DNA of 64,000 bases from Spirochaetota bacterium (GTDB lineage Bacteria; Spirochaetota; UBA4802; UBA5550): positions 1-64,000 of the forward strand of contig JBNKTL010000023.1 of assembly GCA_050298055.1 (NCBI GenBank), in the 5' to 3' direction. Below are positions 7,515-17,116 of this stretch, piece by piece. Positions within the stretch are counted from its first letter, which is position 1, and every line of letters starts with the position of its first letter. The position numbers and the translations under genes are program-made. The notes under the pieces were generated by a model. That model was given only the letters and a program-made list of their open reading frames with translations, had not been told where the DNA came from and did no database searches.

Positions 7515-9659
7515 TCAGTCTGCCAGGACCTCACGGATTTTTTTCTGCAGCTCGCTGGGCAGGAACGGTTTTGGAATAAAATAGACTCCCTCTTTCAGCA
7601 CAACGTTTTTTGTGAGCTCATGCTCCGCGTAGCCGGACATGTACAGGACCCGTATTCCGGGCCTGCGCTCCCATACCTTTTCCACAAGCTGCGGCCCGGG
7701 AATGTCCGGCAAGACGATATCGGACAGGATCAAGTGGATGGGAGGACCGTCAGGACCGCATATTTTAAGGGCTTCCTCACTATTGAAGGCCTCCAGTACG
7801 GTATACCCCCGGGAGGAAAGTGTCCGTATCAGCAATTTCCGGATATGCTCCTCATCCTCGACTATCAAGATGGTCTCATTACCATGGGCGCTTTCCTCTT
7901 CCGTGTGCTCCTCCGCCTCCATTGTTTCATCCGGTATTTCGTCAGGGTTCCACGGAAGAAAAATGGAAAAGACCGTTCCCTTCCCCTTCTCGCTTTTTAC
8001 AGTGATATATCCTTCATTCTGCCGCACGATACCGTATACCGTTGACAGACCGAGGCCGGTTCCCCGTTCGCCCTTGGTGGAGAAAAACGGCTCAAAGATA
8101 TTCTCTATAATATCCCTGTCCATGCCGATACCGGTGTCCATTACATCGATGCGGACATAGGAGCCGGGCGGTACCGACCCGCCTGTTTCCGTATACTTCG
8201 CCGGAACATCTTCCCGGGAAGAGGCAATGGTAATGGTCCCCCCCTGCGGCATGGCGTCCCTGGCATTGACGACAAGGTTGACAATCACCTGTTCTATGAA
8301 AGACGGGTCCGCCTTCGCATACGCGCGGTCCGTTTTCCGGTTAATATTCAGCGCGATGTTCTCTCCAATGATACGGTGCAGCATCCGTTCGACTTTTACC
8401 AGAAACTCATTAATGTCGATTACCATGGGTTTGATGATCTGCCTGCGGCTGAAGGCAAGAAGCTGCTTGGTCAAATCCGCCGCCCTGCGAGACGTGTTCA
8501 GTATCTCATTAATATTTTCAACTATTCCGGAATCCTCGCCCAGCGCTTTCAGCGATACTTCAGCATTACCCATGATCGCCGTGAGGAGATTGTTAAAATC
8601 ATGGGCGATCCCTCCGGCAAGACGTCCTATGGCCTCCATTTTTTGCGCGTGGATCAGCTGTTTCTCCAGGTTCTTCATCTCCTCTTCGGTCTGCTTCCGG
8701 GTCGTGACGTCCTGTATGAACCCTTCGAAGTATTCCCCGCTGCCGTCAGCCCTTTTGCGCAGATAGGTATTGATGGATACCGTGATTTGATCTCCGTCTT
8801 TTTTCCGGAATGCGGTTTCAAAACGCTCAACATATCCATTTTTTCGGACCTCTGCAACAAGCTTTTCCCGGGCATGGGGATCCAGATAAAATTGCCCGAT
8901 GTTCGGCGCAGAGGAAGTGATATCCCTCTCGGATGCGTACCCGAGAATCCGCGCAATTTCATTATTGGCTGTGATTAATTCACCCGCAAAAGTGGTCTGG
9001 AAAATACCCACCGGCAGGTTGTCGAATATGTCCCTGTAGCGGCGTTCGCTCTCTTCAAGCTCTACCTGGGACCTGGTGAGCTCCTCATTGGTTGCTTCAA
9101 ACTCCTCGTTCGTTGCCATGAGCTCTTCATTCGTCGCCATCAACTCCCTGTTCGCGGCTTCCCGCTCCAGCATGATTTTCTGAATTTCTTTATTTTTCCG
9201 GTTGAGCTCGGCATTTCTGCTGTCCAGCTCTTCCTGGATCTCCTTAATATCCGTGATATCGATCACGTTGATCAGGCCGGCGGGCTTGCCGCCAAAATTG
9301 GTTGTTGTACCGTTGAGCAATATCCATATCTCTTTCCCTGATTTGTGAATTATCTTTAACTCATAGCTGGAGATTGCGTCCTTCCCCGCCTGGCGTTTCT
9401 TTCCCCTCTCCTCAACCATATGCCTGAAGTCCGGGTGGACCGCGTCCCAGAAATTCATCCCGATCATTTCCCGGGGCGTATACCCGATTATCCGTTCAGT
9501 CGCGGGATTGGCGTAAATCCATCTATTATCCTGGTATATAAGGATTGCCATGGGTGTTGATTCGGCCAGATTTCGGAAGCGCTCTTCGCTCTCGCGAAGC
9601 TTGTCCCAGGCCTCTTTGTTGAAACGGGGTTTCGATGAATCTTTCTTTTTCATTATCAA
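7515..9659 (-). CDS. Hybrid sensor histidine kinase (PAS, coiled coil, PAS, HisKA, HATPase, C-terminal receiver)
   Basis: 714 aa. H-box HDFNNLLTAIMGNAEV. G-boxes DTGIGM and GTGLGLS. C-terminal REC domain (ILIVEDEEHIRKLL...ILSDIVLPDIPG). Confidence 0.9.
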   Translation of the reverse strand: MIMKKKDSSKPRFNKEAWDKLRESEERFRNLAESTPMAILIYQDNRWIYANPATERIIGYTPREMIGMNFWDAVHPDFRHMVEERGKKRQAGKDAISSYELKIIHKSGKEIWILLNGTTTNFGGKPAGLINVIDITDIKEIQEELDSRNAELNRKNKEIQKIMLEREAANRELMATNEELMATNEEFEATNEELTRSQVELEESERRYRDIFDNLPVGIFQTTFAGELITANNEIARILGYASERDITSSAPNIGQFYLDPHAREKLVAEVRKNGYVERFETAFRKKDGDQITVSINTYLRKRADGSGEYFEGFIQDVTTRKQTEEEMKNLEKQLIHAQKMEAIGRLAGGIAHDFNNLLTAIMGNAEVSLKALGEDSGIVENINEILNTSRRAADLTKQLLAFSRRQIIKPMVIDINEFLVKVERMLHRIIGENIALNINRKTDRAYAKADPSFIEQVIVNLVVNARDAMPQGGTITIASSREDVPAKYTETGGSVPPGSYVRIDVMDTGIGMDRDIIENIFEPFFSTKGERGTGLGLSTVYGIVRQNEGYITVKSEKGKGTVFSIFLPWNPDEIPDETMEAEEHTEEESAHGNETILIVEDEEHIRKLLIRTLSSRGYTVLEAFNSEEALKICGPDGPPIHLILSDIVLPDIPGPQLVEKVWERRPGIRVLYMSGYAEHELTKNVVLKEGVYFIPKPFLPSELQKKIREVLAD

Positions 9660-10189
9660 GCTACATCAATCAGGGTTAAAATCTATTTCTGTAATTACTC
9701 ACAAGTCATTGTCAAGCTCTTTTATGATTCAAAACGTCCTGTTTCTTGAGGACGCTCGCAGGCTGACACACATGAAATCAAATTCTATTTGAAAAATCAA
9801 AATAAAAAATTAAGATAGACCGGTTCTTATTGTTAAATTAAAAAAACCAATTGTATTCACATGGATTTTTTGCTCTCAAACTTCACAGGAACAGACTTGC
9901 GGCAGGCACAATTATCAGGGGCCGGGTTTACTGGTGTTCAATTTATAAAAACAAAAATTGATAAAAAATGGAAAAAAATGGTATTGGATTCTCTGGAAAA
10001 AAGTGTAAACTGGATTGAGTGAACTTCGTTTCCATTCACTGGTTGTTATTATAATGGGTCTTGATTGAACAGCATGCCCGGGGAGATATTAATCACCCGG
10101 ACGGCAAAGGGGGACCTGTTTATAATATCATCAGGATCTATAAGTAAGAGGATAGTTTACAGTAAGTGGAAGCAATATCTGTCTCCCTG

Positions 10190-11260
10190 CTACCTCAAGA
10201 GTTCTATAAGTTCTCTGTTGATAAAAATGTTTTCACGGCCTATCTTTATCATAGAGAGAATTCCCAGCTCTTCCAGTTTCCTGAGGTATCGCGAAGCTGC
10301 TTTTCTCTCAACGCCGATTCTGTCCACTATAAACTCAATTTTACAATACGGGTTTTCAAAAAGGAGCTCAACAAGTTCTTTAGAGTATATTCCTTTTGCA
10401 TTTTCGCGTACCATTTCGATAGTCCTGTCCAGGAGGTCTTTAATTTCCTTTATCCTGTCCATTGTGTCCCGGGAGGTTTCTTCAACGCATTTCAGGATAA
10501 ATTGAATCCAGGGGGCCCATTCTCCGTTGGAACTAACCTGACCCAGCAAACGGTAGTATTCCGGTTTTGACTTGATAATTGATGAGCTGAGATAAAGTAT
10601 TGGTACATCCAGATAACCTTTCAGGATAAGATAGAGAACATTCAGGAGCCTGCCGGTCCTGCCGTTCCCGTCTGAAAAAGGATGTATAGCTTCAAACTGA
10701 TAATGCGCAATCGCCATATGAACCAGAGAATACTCTTTTCCATTGTAATATTTCATGAGATTATCCATGAGTTCTTTTATGACATCCGGATTGTCCGGTG
10801 GAATATAAATTGTTTTACCTGTTTGATCAGTAAGAACAGTACCCGGTTTAGATCTGATACCAGGATTCATCCCGGCAATCACCTGCTGGATCCATATAAT
10901 ATTGCTCAGCGTCAGGACGCCCTTTTCCCTGATTGTCTTGAATCCATAGGAGAGGGCCTCTCTGTAGCTTATGACTTCCTTTGTATGAGGGTCTACTTCT
11001 TCATTGTCAGCAGAAAGTGCGCGATAGAGTTTATCCTGTGTGGTGATGATGTTTTCAATCTCTGAACTGTCACGTGCTTCCCTCAGGATAATTGCATTGA
11101 TAAGAATATCCTGGTTTGGGATTATATGCGCAAGCCCCTTCAGTTCGGAAAGAGCGGCACGGGCGGAAGATTCCCTCTGCCACACCTCAACAGTACTCCA
11201 CTGTTCCTCCGGAGGGGGGAGAGGTTTTAATTCATTATATGGTTCCTTTGGGTTAAACAT
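10190..11260 (-). CDS. Fic/Doc family protein (adenylyltransferase-type motif HPFSDGNGRTGR) with C-terminal winged-helix-like domain
   Basis: 356 aa. Canonical Fic motif HxFx(D/E)GNGRxxR present as IHPFSDGNGRTGRLL. Confidence 0.9.
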   Translation of the reverse strand: MFNPKEPYNELKPLPPPEEQWSTVEVWQRESSARAALSELKGLAHIIPNQDILINAIILREARDSSEIENIITTQDKLYRALSADNEEVDPHTKEVISYREALSYGFKTIREKGVLTLSNIIWIQQVIAGMNPGIRSKPGTVLTDQTGKTIYIPPDNPDVIKELMDNLMKYYNGKEYSLVHMAIAHYQFEAIHPFSDGNGRTGRLLNVLYLILKGYLDVPILYLSSSIIKSKPEYYRLLGQVSSNGEWAPWIQFILKCVEETSRDTMDRIKEIKDLLDRTIEMVRENAKGIYSKELVELLFENPYCKIEFIVDRIGVERKAASRYLRKLEELGILSMIKIGRENIFINRELIELLR

Positions 11261-11276
11261 GACCGTCTATATATAG

Positions 11277-11309
11277 ATATGTACCATTTAGTGCGTATCT
11301 GGTACATAT
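11277..11309. promoter_or_regulatory. Perfect 10-bp inverted repeat ATATGTACCA-N13-TGGTACATAT 17-49 nt upstream of the Fic start, with further half-site copies to 11380
   Basis: Reverse complement of 11277-11286 equals 11300-11309. Additional TGGTACATAC (11370-11379), GGTGCATATT (11341-11350), and ATGTCCC at 11319 and 11359. Confidence 0.5.
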
Positions 11310-11526
11310 GTCAAGAACATGTCCCATTTTTGAGGATTATGGTGCATATTTAAATTATATGTCCCGGCGTGGTACATACTCGAAATTCACGAATAATGGA
11401 TAACAATCCGGATTAAGTTATGATACAGTAATATAGGGATGTCAATCTCCTTTCCGGCGCAAAAATCCTGACTACTCAAAGAATCCTCTTCAACCCGGAA
11501 CTCGGAACCCGAAACACGTAACTCTC

Positions 11527-12969
11527 TTAACACCGGTCACAGTGCCCGCATTCCGTATGAGGCGCGTCAAAATACCCGTTGATATAATCCCTCCTGCACC
11601 CCTCAGTCCGTGCGTAGAGAACAATATCCGCCAGTCTCCTTCTGTCGTATTCAAGTTTTTTTTCAAGGTAACCGCCGCTCTTTAAGTTATCCGGCAGCTC
11701 CGAGACAACCTTCAGGCTGTGGGTCTCAAGCATCCCGGTGGTGACCCCGTAGCGGTCGAAGTGGTTGAGGACCGTCTGGAGCCGGTGGTCTCCCGCGTTC
11801 TTGTAGACAAGCTTCTCCTGGATCTCTTCATAGGTGTATGAGGAAAGGGTCTCTTCCATTGAGACAAGGAGGTCATAGGTCTTTTTAATGAAGGAGACAT
11901 CGGGGTTCTCCCACTCCAGGAAACCCATCTGCACCGCGAGGTCGTCCTGGCAGTAAACCAGGATACAGGTTGAGTCCTTTCCGTCACGGCCGGCCCGGCC
12001 GATCTCCTGGTAGTAGGCCTCAAGGGAACCGGGGACCTCGGCATGGATGATCATCCTGATATCCGGCTTATGGATCCCCATACCGAAGGCGTTTGTGGCC
12101 AGCATGAGTACGGAGCCGGAGCGGTCGAAGCTCTCCTGGACAAACCTTCTCCTCTCGGGGTCCTGCTTGCCGTGATAGACAAGGTACTTCTCCTTCTTCA
12201 TGTCCAGGTAACGGGCAAACTTCTCGATCCCCTTGATCAGGTTGAAGTAGACGATCCTGCTCCCCTTCTCCTTCCTGATATGTTCGTAGACCAGCTCAAA
12301 TTTCTCGGTCTCATCCATGGCCTCCTCTACGCCGAGATAGAGGTTGGGACGGGATATCCCCTCGTTGAAGACCTTTATCTCATCCGGGGAAAGGCCCAGC
12401 TTCCCGATGATGTCCTCCTGCACCTGCCGGGTTGCCGTGGCGGTGAGGGCGATAGTCACCGGGTTACCCATGAGCTCCCTGAACTCCTTTATCCGGGAAT
12501 AGTCAGGCCTGAAGTCATGCCCCCACTGGCTGATACAGTGGGCCTCATCCACCGCCAGAAGAGAGACCTCCCGGGATTTAATGATGCGGATAAACTCATC
12601 GATCCGGAACCTCTCCGGGGAGACAAGAAGTATCCGGTGCTTTCCCTTTTTGATCTCCGCGTACCTCTTCTCCCTTTCACTCTTTGAAAGGGAGGAGTTA
12701 ATATAGACCGCCTCGATCCCCAGTTTCCGCATTGAGTCTGCCTGGTCCTTCATGAGGGAGATGAGGGGGGATATGACCAGGGTGAGCCCCTCAAGAAGGA
12801 GCGCCGGGAGCTGGTAGCAGAGGGACTTCCCCATACCGGTGGGCATGATGACCAGGGAGTTCATCCCCTCAAGCACATGCTTCACCACCTGGTCCTGGCT
12901 GCCCCTGAACCCGTCCATGCCAAAGTTCTCTTTGAGGACAGAGAGTATTCTTTTGTCGCTGAATATCAT
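11527..12969 (-). CDS. recQ: Short RecQ-family DNA helicase (helicase core plus RecQ zinc-binding domain; no HRDC)
   Basis: 480 aa. Walker A PTGMGKSL. DEAH box VDEAHCISQWGHDFRPDY. C-terminal Cys cluster (CRRDYINGYF...CGHCDRC). Confidence 0.85.
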   Translation of the reverse strand: MIFSDKRILSVLKENFGMDGFRGSQDQVVKHVLEGMNSLVIMPTGMGKSLCYQLPALLLEGLTLVISPLISLMKDQADSMRKLGIEAVYINSSLSKSEREKRYAEIKKGKHRILLVSPERFRIDEFIRIIKSREVSLLAVDEAHCISQWGHDFRPDYSRIKEFRELMGNPVTIALTATATRQVQEDIIGKLGLSPDEIKVFNEGISRPNLYLGVEEAMDETEKFELVYEHIRKEKGSRIVYFNLIKGIEKFARYLDMKKEKYLVYHGKQDPERRRFVQESFDRSGSVLMLATNAFGMGIHKPDIRMIIHAEVPGSLEAYYQEIGRAGRDGKDSTCILVYCQDDLAVQMGFLEWENPDVSFIKKTYDLLVSMEETLSSYTYEEIQEKLVYKNAGDHRLQTVLNHFDRYGVTTGMLETHSLKVVSELPDNLKSGGYLEKKLEYDRRRLADIVLYARTEGCRRDYINGYFDAPHTECGHCDRC

Positions 12970-12986
12970 GTGAGGTAAGGGCCCTC

Positions 12987-14795
12987 TCAGCCTGTCTTCC
13001 GGGACCTCTTTCTTTCGATCTCGTTGAGGATCTTCTTCCGCATCCTGATGCTCACCGGCGTTATTTCAAGAAGTTCGTCGTCTTCGATATACTCAAGGGC
13101 CTGCTCCAGGCTGAAATCCACCGGGGGCGTAAGTTTTACGGCGTCATCGGAACCAGATGCCCTGACATTGCTAAGCTTCTTCCCCTTGCAGACATTGACG
13201 ATGAGGTCGTTCTCCCTGCTGTTCTCGCCCACGATCATCCCCTCGTAGACTTCAACAGCGGGGCCGATGAAGAGACGCCCCCTCTCCTGCAGGTTGTCCA
13301 GGGAATAGGCGGCGGATGTTCCCTGCTCCATCTGGACAAGGACTCCCCTGGTCCTTCCGGGAATGTCTCCCTTGTAATATTCGTACTCGTAGAAGCTGTG
13401 ATTGAGGACACCTGTTCCCCGGGTTTCGGTAAGGAACTCGTTCCTGAAGCCGATGAGTCCCCGGGAGGGGACCTTGAACTCCAGACGGGTATAGCCGTCG
13501 CTCCCCTGGGCCATGTTGACCATCTCGCCCTTTCGCTTCCCCATGAGCTCGATGACAACTCCCGTGTATTCATCCGCCACATCGATTAGGGCAAGCTCTA
13601 CGGGCTCCGCCTTTTTTCCGTTGAGTTCCCGGTAGATGACCTCGGGCTTCGACACCTGGAACTCGTAGCCCTCCCGTCTCATGTTCTCAATGAGAATGGC
13701 AAGCTGAAGTTCCCCCCTTCCCTTGACCGTAAAGGACTCGGAGGTAGAGGACCGCTCGATAAGGAGACTCACATTTGTCTCTGTCTCCTTCATGAGCCTC
13801 TCCCAGACATTCTTGGAGGTCACATATTTCCCCTCCTTACCCAGAAAGGGGGAATTGTTGGGGAGAAATGTCACGGCCAGTGTGGGGTCGTCAATATCGA
13901 TTACGGGAAGGGGCTGGGGATTTTCCTTATCAGCGAGGGTTTCGCTCACATCGATATCCTCAAAGCCTGCCAGGGAGACAATATCCCCCGCCGAGGCGGA
14001 TTCCACTTCAACTTTTTTAAGCCCTTCATAGGAGAAGATCTTCACTATCCGGCCGGAAGCCCGGGAACCGTCCCTCTTGAGAAGGACCAGGTCGTCTCCC
14101 TTTTTAACACGCCCGTTGTAGATCTTCCCCGTACCGATACGCCCCAGGTAGTTATCATACTCTACCGCGGAGGAGAGGAACTGGAAGGGTTTGTCCGGAT
14201 CACCCGCCGTGTCATCCACATTATCGATTATAGCGTCCATGAGGGGGATGATGTCCACCGATTCATCTTCAAGTTCATGCTTCGCGTATCCCTCCTTGGC
14301 CGACGCGTAGACAACGGGAAAATCAAGCTGCTCATCGCTTGCCTCAAGCTGGACAAAGAGGTCGAAGATCATGTCCAGGACCTCGTTGGGCCTGCTGTTG
14401 GGCCTGTCGATCTTGTTGATGACCACTACCGGTTTGAGCCCCAGCTCCAGGGACTTTTTCAGCACATACTTGGTCTGGGGCATGGGGCCCTCAAAGGCGT
14501 CAACCAGGAGGAGCACAGAGTCCACCATCTTCATGATCCTCTGCACCTCGCCCCCAAAATCCGCGTGCCCCGGCGTGTCAACGATGTTTATCTTATAGTC
14601 CCTGTAGAAAAGGGAGGCGTTCTTGGAAAAGATGGTTATCCCCCTCTCCTTTTCCAGGTCGTTGGAGTCCATGATCCTCTCTTCGATTTTCTGGTTCTCC
14701 CTGAAAACACCGGTCTGTTTCAGCATGGCATCAACAAGGGTGGTCTTCCCATGGTCAACATGGGCGATAATGGCGATGTTTTTGATTCTGCTCAT
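12987..14795 (-). CDS. typA: Translational GTPase TypA/BipA
   Basis: 602 aa. MSRIKNIAIIAHVDHGKTTLVDAMLKQ...DTPGHADFGGEV. EF-G-like domain architecture. Confidence 0.95.
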   Translation of the reverse strand: MSRIKNIAIIAHVDHGKTTLVDAMLKQTGVFRENQKIEERIMDSNDLEKERGITIFSKNASLFYRDYKINIVDTPGHADFGGEVQRIMKMVDSVLLLVDAFEGPMPQTKYVLKKSLELGLKPVVVINKIDRPNSRPNEVLDMIFDLFVQLEASDEQLDFPVVYASAKEGYAKHELEDESVDIIPLMDAIIDNVDDTAGDPDKPFQFLSSAVEYDNYLGRIGTGKIYNGRVKKGDDLVLLKRDGSRASGRIVKIFSYEGLKKVEVESASAGDIVSLAGFEDIDVSETLADKENPQPLPVIDIDDPTLAVTFLPNNSPFLGKEGKYVTSKNVWERLMKETETNVSLLIERSSTSESFTVKGRGELQLAILIENMRREGYEFQVSKPEVIYRELNGKKAEPVELALIDVADEYTGVVIELMGKRKGEMVNMAQGSDGYTRLEFKVPSRGLIGFRNEFLTETRGTGVLNHSFYEYEYYKGDIPGRTRGVLVQMEQGTSAAYSLDNLQERGRLFIGPAVEVYEGMIVGENSRENDLIVNVCKGKKLSNVRASGSDDAVKLTPPVDFSLEQALEYIEDDELLEITPVSIRMRKKILNEIERKRSRKTG

Positions 14796-14831
14796 TTTGT
14801 TTCCTGTTTGTTAAATCAATTATATGTTAGA

Positions 14832-14925
14832 TTTATTTCATATAGGCGCATTTTATTTCATATAGGCGCGACTACGTAGTCGCGCCTATATGAAATAAAT
14901 CATGAAATAAATCATGGAATAAATC
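14832..14925. repeat. 48-bp perfect palindrome (14852-14899, centre GACTACGTAGTC) flanked by further direct and inverted copies of the half-site TTTATTTCATATAGGCGC
   Basis: Verified base by base. 14832-14850 repeats the half-site directly. TGAAATAAATCA occurs at both 14891 and 14903. Lies between the stop of gene 14990..15247 and the typA start at 14795. Confidence 0.9.
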
Positions 14926-14989
14926 GTATCAATATTGTATAATCAGATGGACACACTGGAAGAAGGGGGTTAAAATACCAGCACTTTTT

Positions 14990-15247
14990 TTACTCCTGGT
15001 CCCAGGCCTCTGCTTCTTCGGCAAGTTTGTCAAGGAGCTCCCGGAGCAGGGGGGGAGCATTCTGATACTCCGGGATCTCTTCCTGTGTATATTTCTGGAT
15101 AGAGCTCAGGGCCCTGGTATATGATGAGTGGTGGCGGGTCTCATTGAAATAGTATTGGACCAGTTTTTTCGCCTGGTCAGACAGCTGGTACCGGGTAAAG
15201 AACTCAATGATATCATAAATTGCCTTTCGAAAGCTTTCTCTGCTCAA
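14990..15247 (-). CDS. Small hypothetical protein (85 aa)
   Basis: ORF with ordinary composition. No recognisable motif. Confidence 0.45.
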   Translation of the reverse strand: MSRESFRKAIYDIIEFFTRYQLSDQAKKLVQYYFNETRHHSSYTRALSSIQKYTQEEIPEYQNAPPLLRELLDKLAEEAEAWDQE

Positions 15248-15306
15248 TGTTTTTTCCTTTTGTATAATAGTTTTCAGCAGGGTGATTGCAATCTACCGGA
15301 TGCTGT

Positions 15307-16194
15307 TTATTTAAGACAGCACTTTTTGTATTTTTTTCCGCTTCCGCAGGGACAGGGATCATTTCTTCCCGGTTTTTGATTTTTTTTCTTTTTAAAGAGC
15401 TTTCCGCCCATCCGGGAAGCCATATCCTGCCTGAAAACAGAATTAAGGACCTCGTAGAGCCGGGGATGATCACTCCTGAGCTTCTTCGGCTTCTCGAAAA
15501 AATACTCCGAGACAACGGCGAAAAACTCGATATCACTGACCGCCCCGTAGGGATTAATATCAGACTTCCCCTTTTCTATCTCTTCTATCCCGGTCTTTAT
15601 CAGCTTTAGCCAGGGCAGGGTATAACCCTTGTCCAGGAGAAGGGCCGGTACGCCGTCAACTTCTCCGTCTGCCATATCCATATAGTGAACGAATTCATGG
15701 ATCCCCACGTTGGACCCGTCCCCCGGCCGGGCAAATCCCCCGTGAAGGTCGGCCCGGGAGAGGACCATGGTATTGACTCCCCCGCCCCAGGTGGCCATAC
15801 CGGAAATATCCCCCCCCTTACCAAACCGGAATTCATCATCGAATGATGAAGGATAGAGGATGACCTCATGGAGGTTCCCATACTCCCATTCCGGAAATCC
15901 GAAGATGGGGATCACGGCACCTGACGCGATGAGGAGCCTGTCGGTATCATCCACCTCAATCCCGATTCCGGTTATTCTTTTCTCTGCCAGGAAGAGCTGT
16001 ACCCTCTTTTCGAATACCGGCTTTTCATTTTCGTCCAATCCATTGTAGAACGCGACCTTCTCCCTGAGAATCTCCCGCCATTTTTCGGGGAAGGGCGTAC
16101 CGGCTATTCTTTTTTTCAGCCTGCTCTTTCTGCTGATCCAGAGAGAGAGAAGGAGTGTAGCGGCAAGTACTGCTGTTATAAAGAAATAGATCAT
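15307..16194 (-). CDS. MtfA-like zinc-dependent peptidase (HEFVH) with N-terminal TM helix and C-terminal SEC-C zinc motif
   Basis: 295 aa. HExxH as GIHEFVHYMD. C-terminal RNDPCPCGSGKKYKKCC. Confidence 0.7.
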   Translation of the reverse strand: MIYFFITAVLAATLLLSLWISRKSRLKKRIAGTPFPEKWREILREKVAFYNGLDENEKPVFEKRVQLFLAEKRITGIGIEVDDTDRLLIASGAVIPIFGFPEWEYGNLHEVILYPSSFDDEFRFGKGGDISGMATWGGGVNTMVLSRADLHGGFARPGDGSNVGIHEFVHYMDMADGEVDGVPALLLDKGYTLPWLKLIKTGIEEIEKGKSDINPYGAVSDIEFFAVVSEYFFEKPKKLRSDHPRLYEVLNSVFRQDMASRMGGKLFKKKKNQKPGRNDPCPCGSGKKYKKCCLK

Positions 16195-16353
16195 TTGTTG
16201 TACTTATTTTTCAGTTCATCAACCCTGTGTTTAATTTACAAGTTACGCCTGAAAAAAAGTTATCTTGCAGGCATGTGTCATTATCCAAACAGACTGTTTT
16301 TTATCCATGACTTTTTCATTGATGCGACGGGCGGAGGTGTGACACCGTTCCTT

Positions 16354-16929
16354 TTAATTATTTTTTGTAAAATTCCTGTTTATACCGTCAATTTCCTCAA
16401 GTAAGGTTTCAATTCCAATTTTGTTTGTCTCTTCTTTTGAAGGTTCCAGTATAAAAAACTTATCAGTTTCAATTTCATCATTATTTTTCTGGATAGATGA
16501 AATTATTTTTGATTGATGCCGGACAATCTGAAGTAAGGTATAGCTTTTTTGCAGTAAATCCCTGTACTGAAGGGCCTGCCGAATACTCAGCAGCAGGTCA
16601 CGGGAACTGCACGGCTTTGAAAAAAAACGGTAAATGTCCCCCTGGTTGATCAGCTTTACGGCCAGGTCAAGGTTCGCATGACCGGTGAGCATTATCCTGA
16701 TAATCCCCGGATAAAGTTCCCTTACCTGGAGAATAAAATCAGATCCCTTCATCCCGGGCATATTTTCATCCGCTACGATGACATCAAAAAAACCGGTCTT
16801 TAATACCTGCAATGCCTCCTCGGCGGAGTTTGCTCCAATAACCTTAAAGTTCTCGCCTCTCGACAGCCGGGAGAGAGAACTGATTATATTGGGATCATCA
16901 TCAACAATGAGTACTTTATATTCTGCCAT
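16354..16929 (-). CDS. Response regulator, receiver domain with short C-terminal extension
   Basis: KVLIVDDDPNIISSL...VIVADENMPGMKGSDF...LTGHA receiver signature. No DNA-binding domain. Confidence 0.8.
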   Translation of the reverse strand: MAEYKVLIVDDDPNIISSLSRLSRGENFKVIGANSAEEALQVLKTGFFDVIVADENMPGMKGSDFILQVRELYPGIIRIMLTGHANLDLAVKLINQGDIYRFFSKPCSSRDLLLSIRQALQYRDLLQKSYTLLQIVRHQSKIISSIQKNNDEIETDKFFILEPSKEETNKIGIETLLEEIDGINRNFTKNN

Positions 16930-17116
16930 TTGAAATTTACAGCTTATTTTCGGAAACGATTATTGTACATATTAAGTCTCATAAAAAGAACATACAGGAC
17001 AAAAAATCATAAGTAAAGTACTATTTGTTATTACAGCTTATTAATATGATGGAAGAAAATTATTTTTTCATTGTGGAATACAAAAAATTTAATTCCCAGA
17101 AGTCATGGTGAGTTCT

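Noticed and set aside
7620-8978. Several 140-200-aa ORFs (7620..8045, 7639..8160, 8227..8766, 8376..8978) inside the hybrid histidine kinase gene
   Set aside because: All are antisense or out of frame to a 714-aa ORF with unambiguous HisKA/HATPase/REC motifs. Their compositions are Ser/Arg/Pro-rich.
11712-12687. ORFs 11712..12044 (-) and 12043..12687 (+) overlapping the RecQ-like gene
   Set aside because: Alternative frame or antisense to a gene with Walker A, DEAH and zinc-finger motifs. Arg/Ser/Pro-rich translations.
13235-14879. ORFs antisense to typA (13235..13582 -, 13723..14031 +, 14277..14879 +)
   Set aside because: typA identity is unequivocal. These are shadow ORFs.
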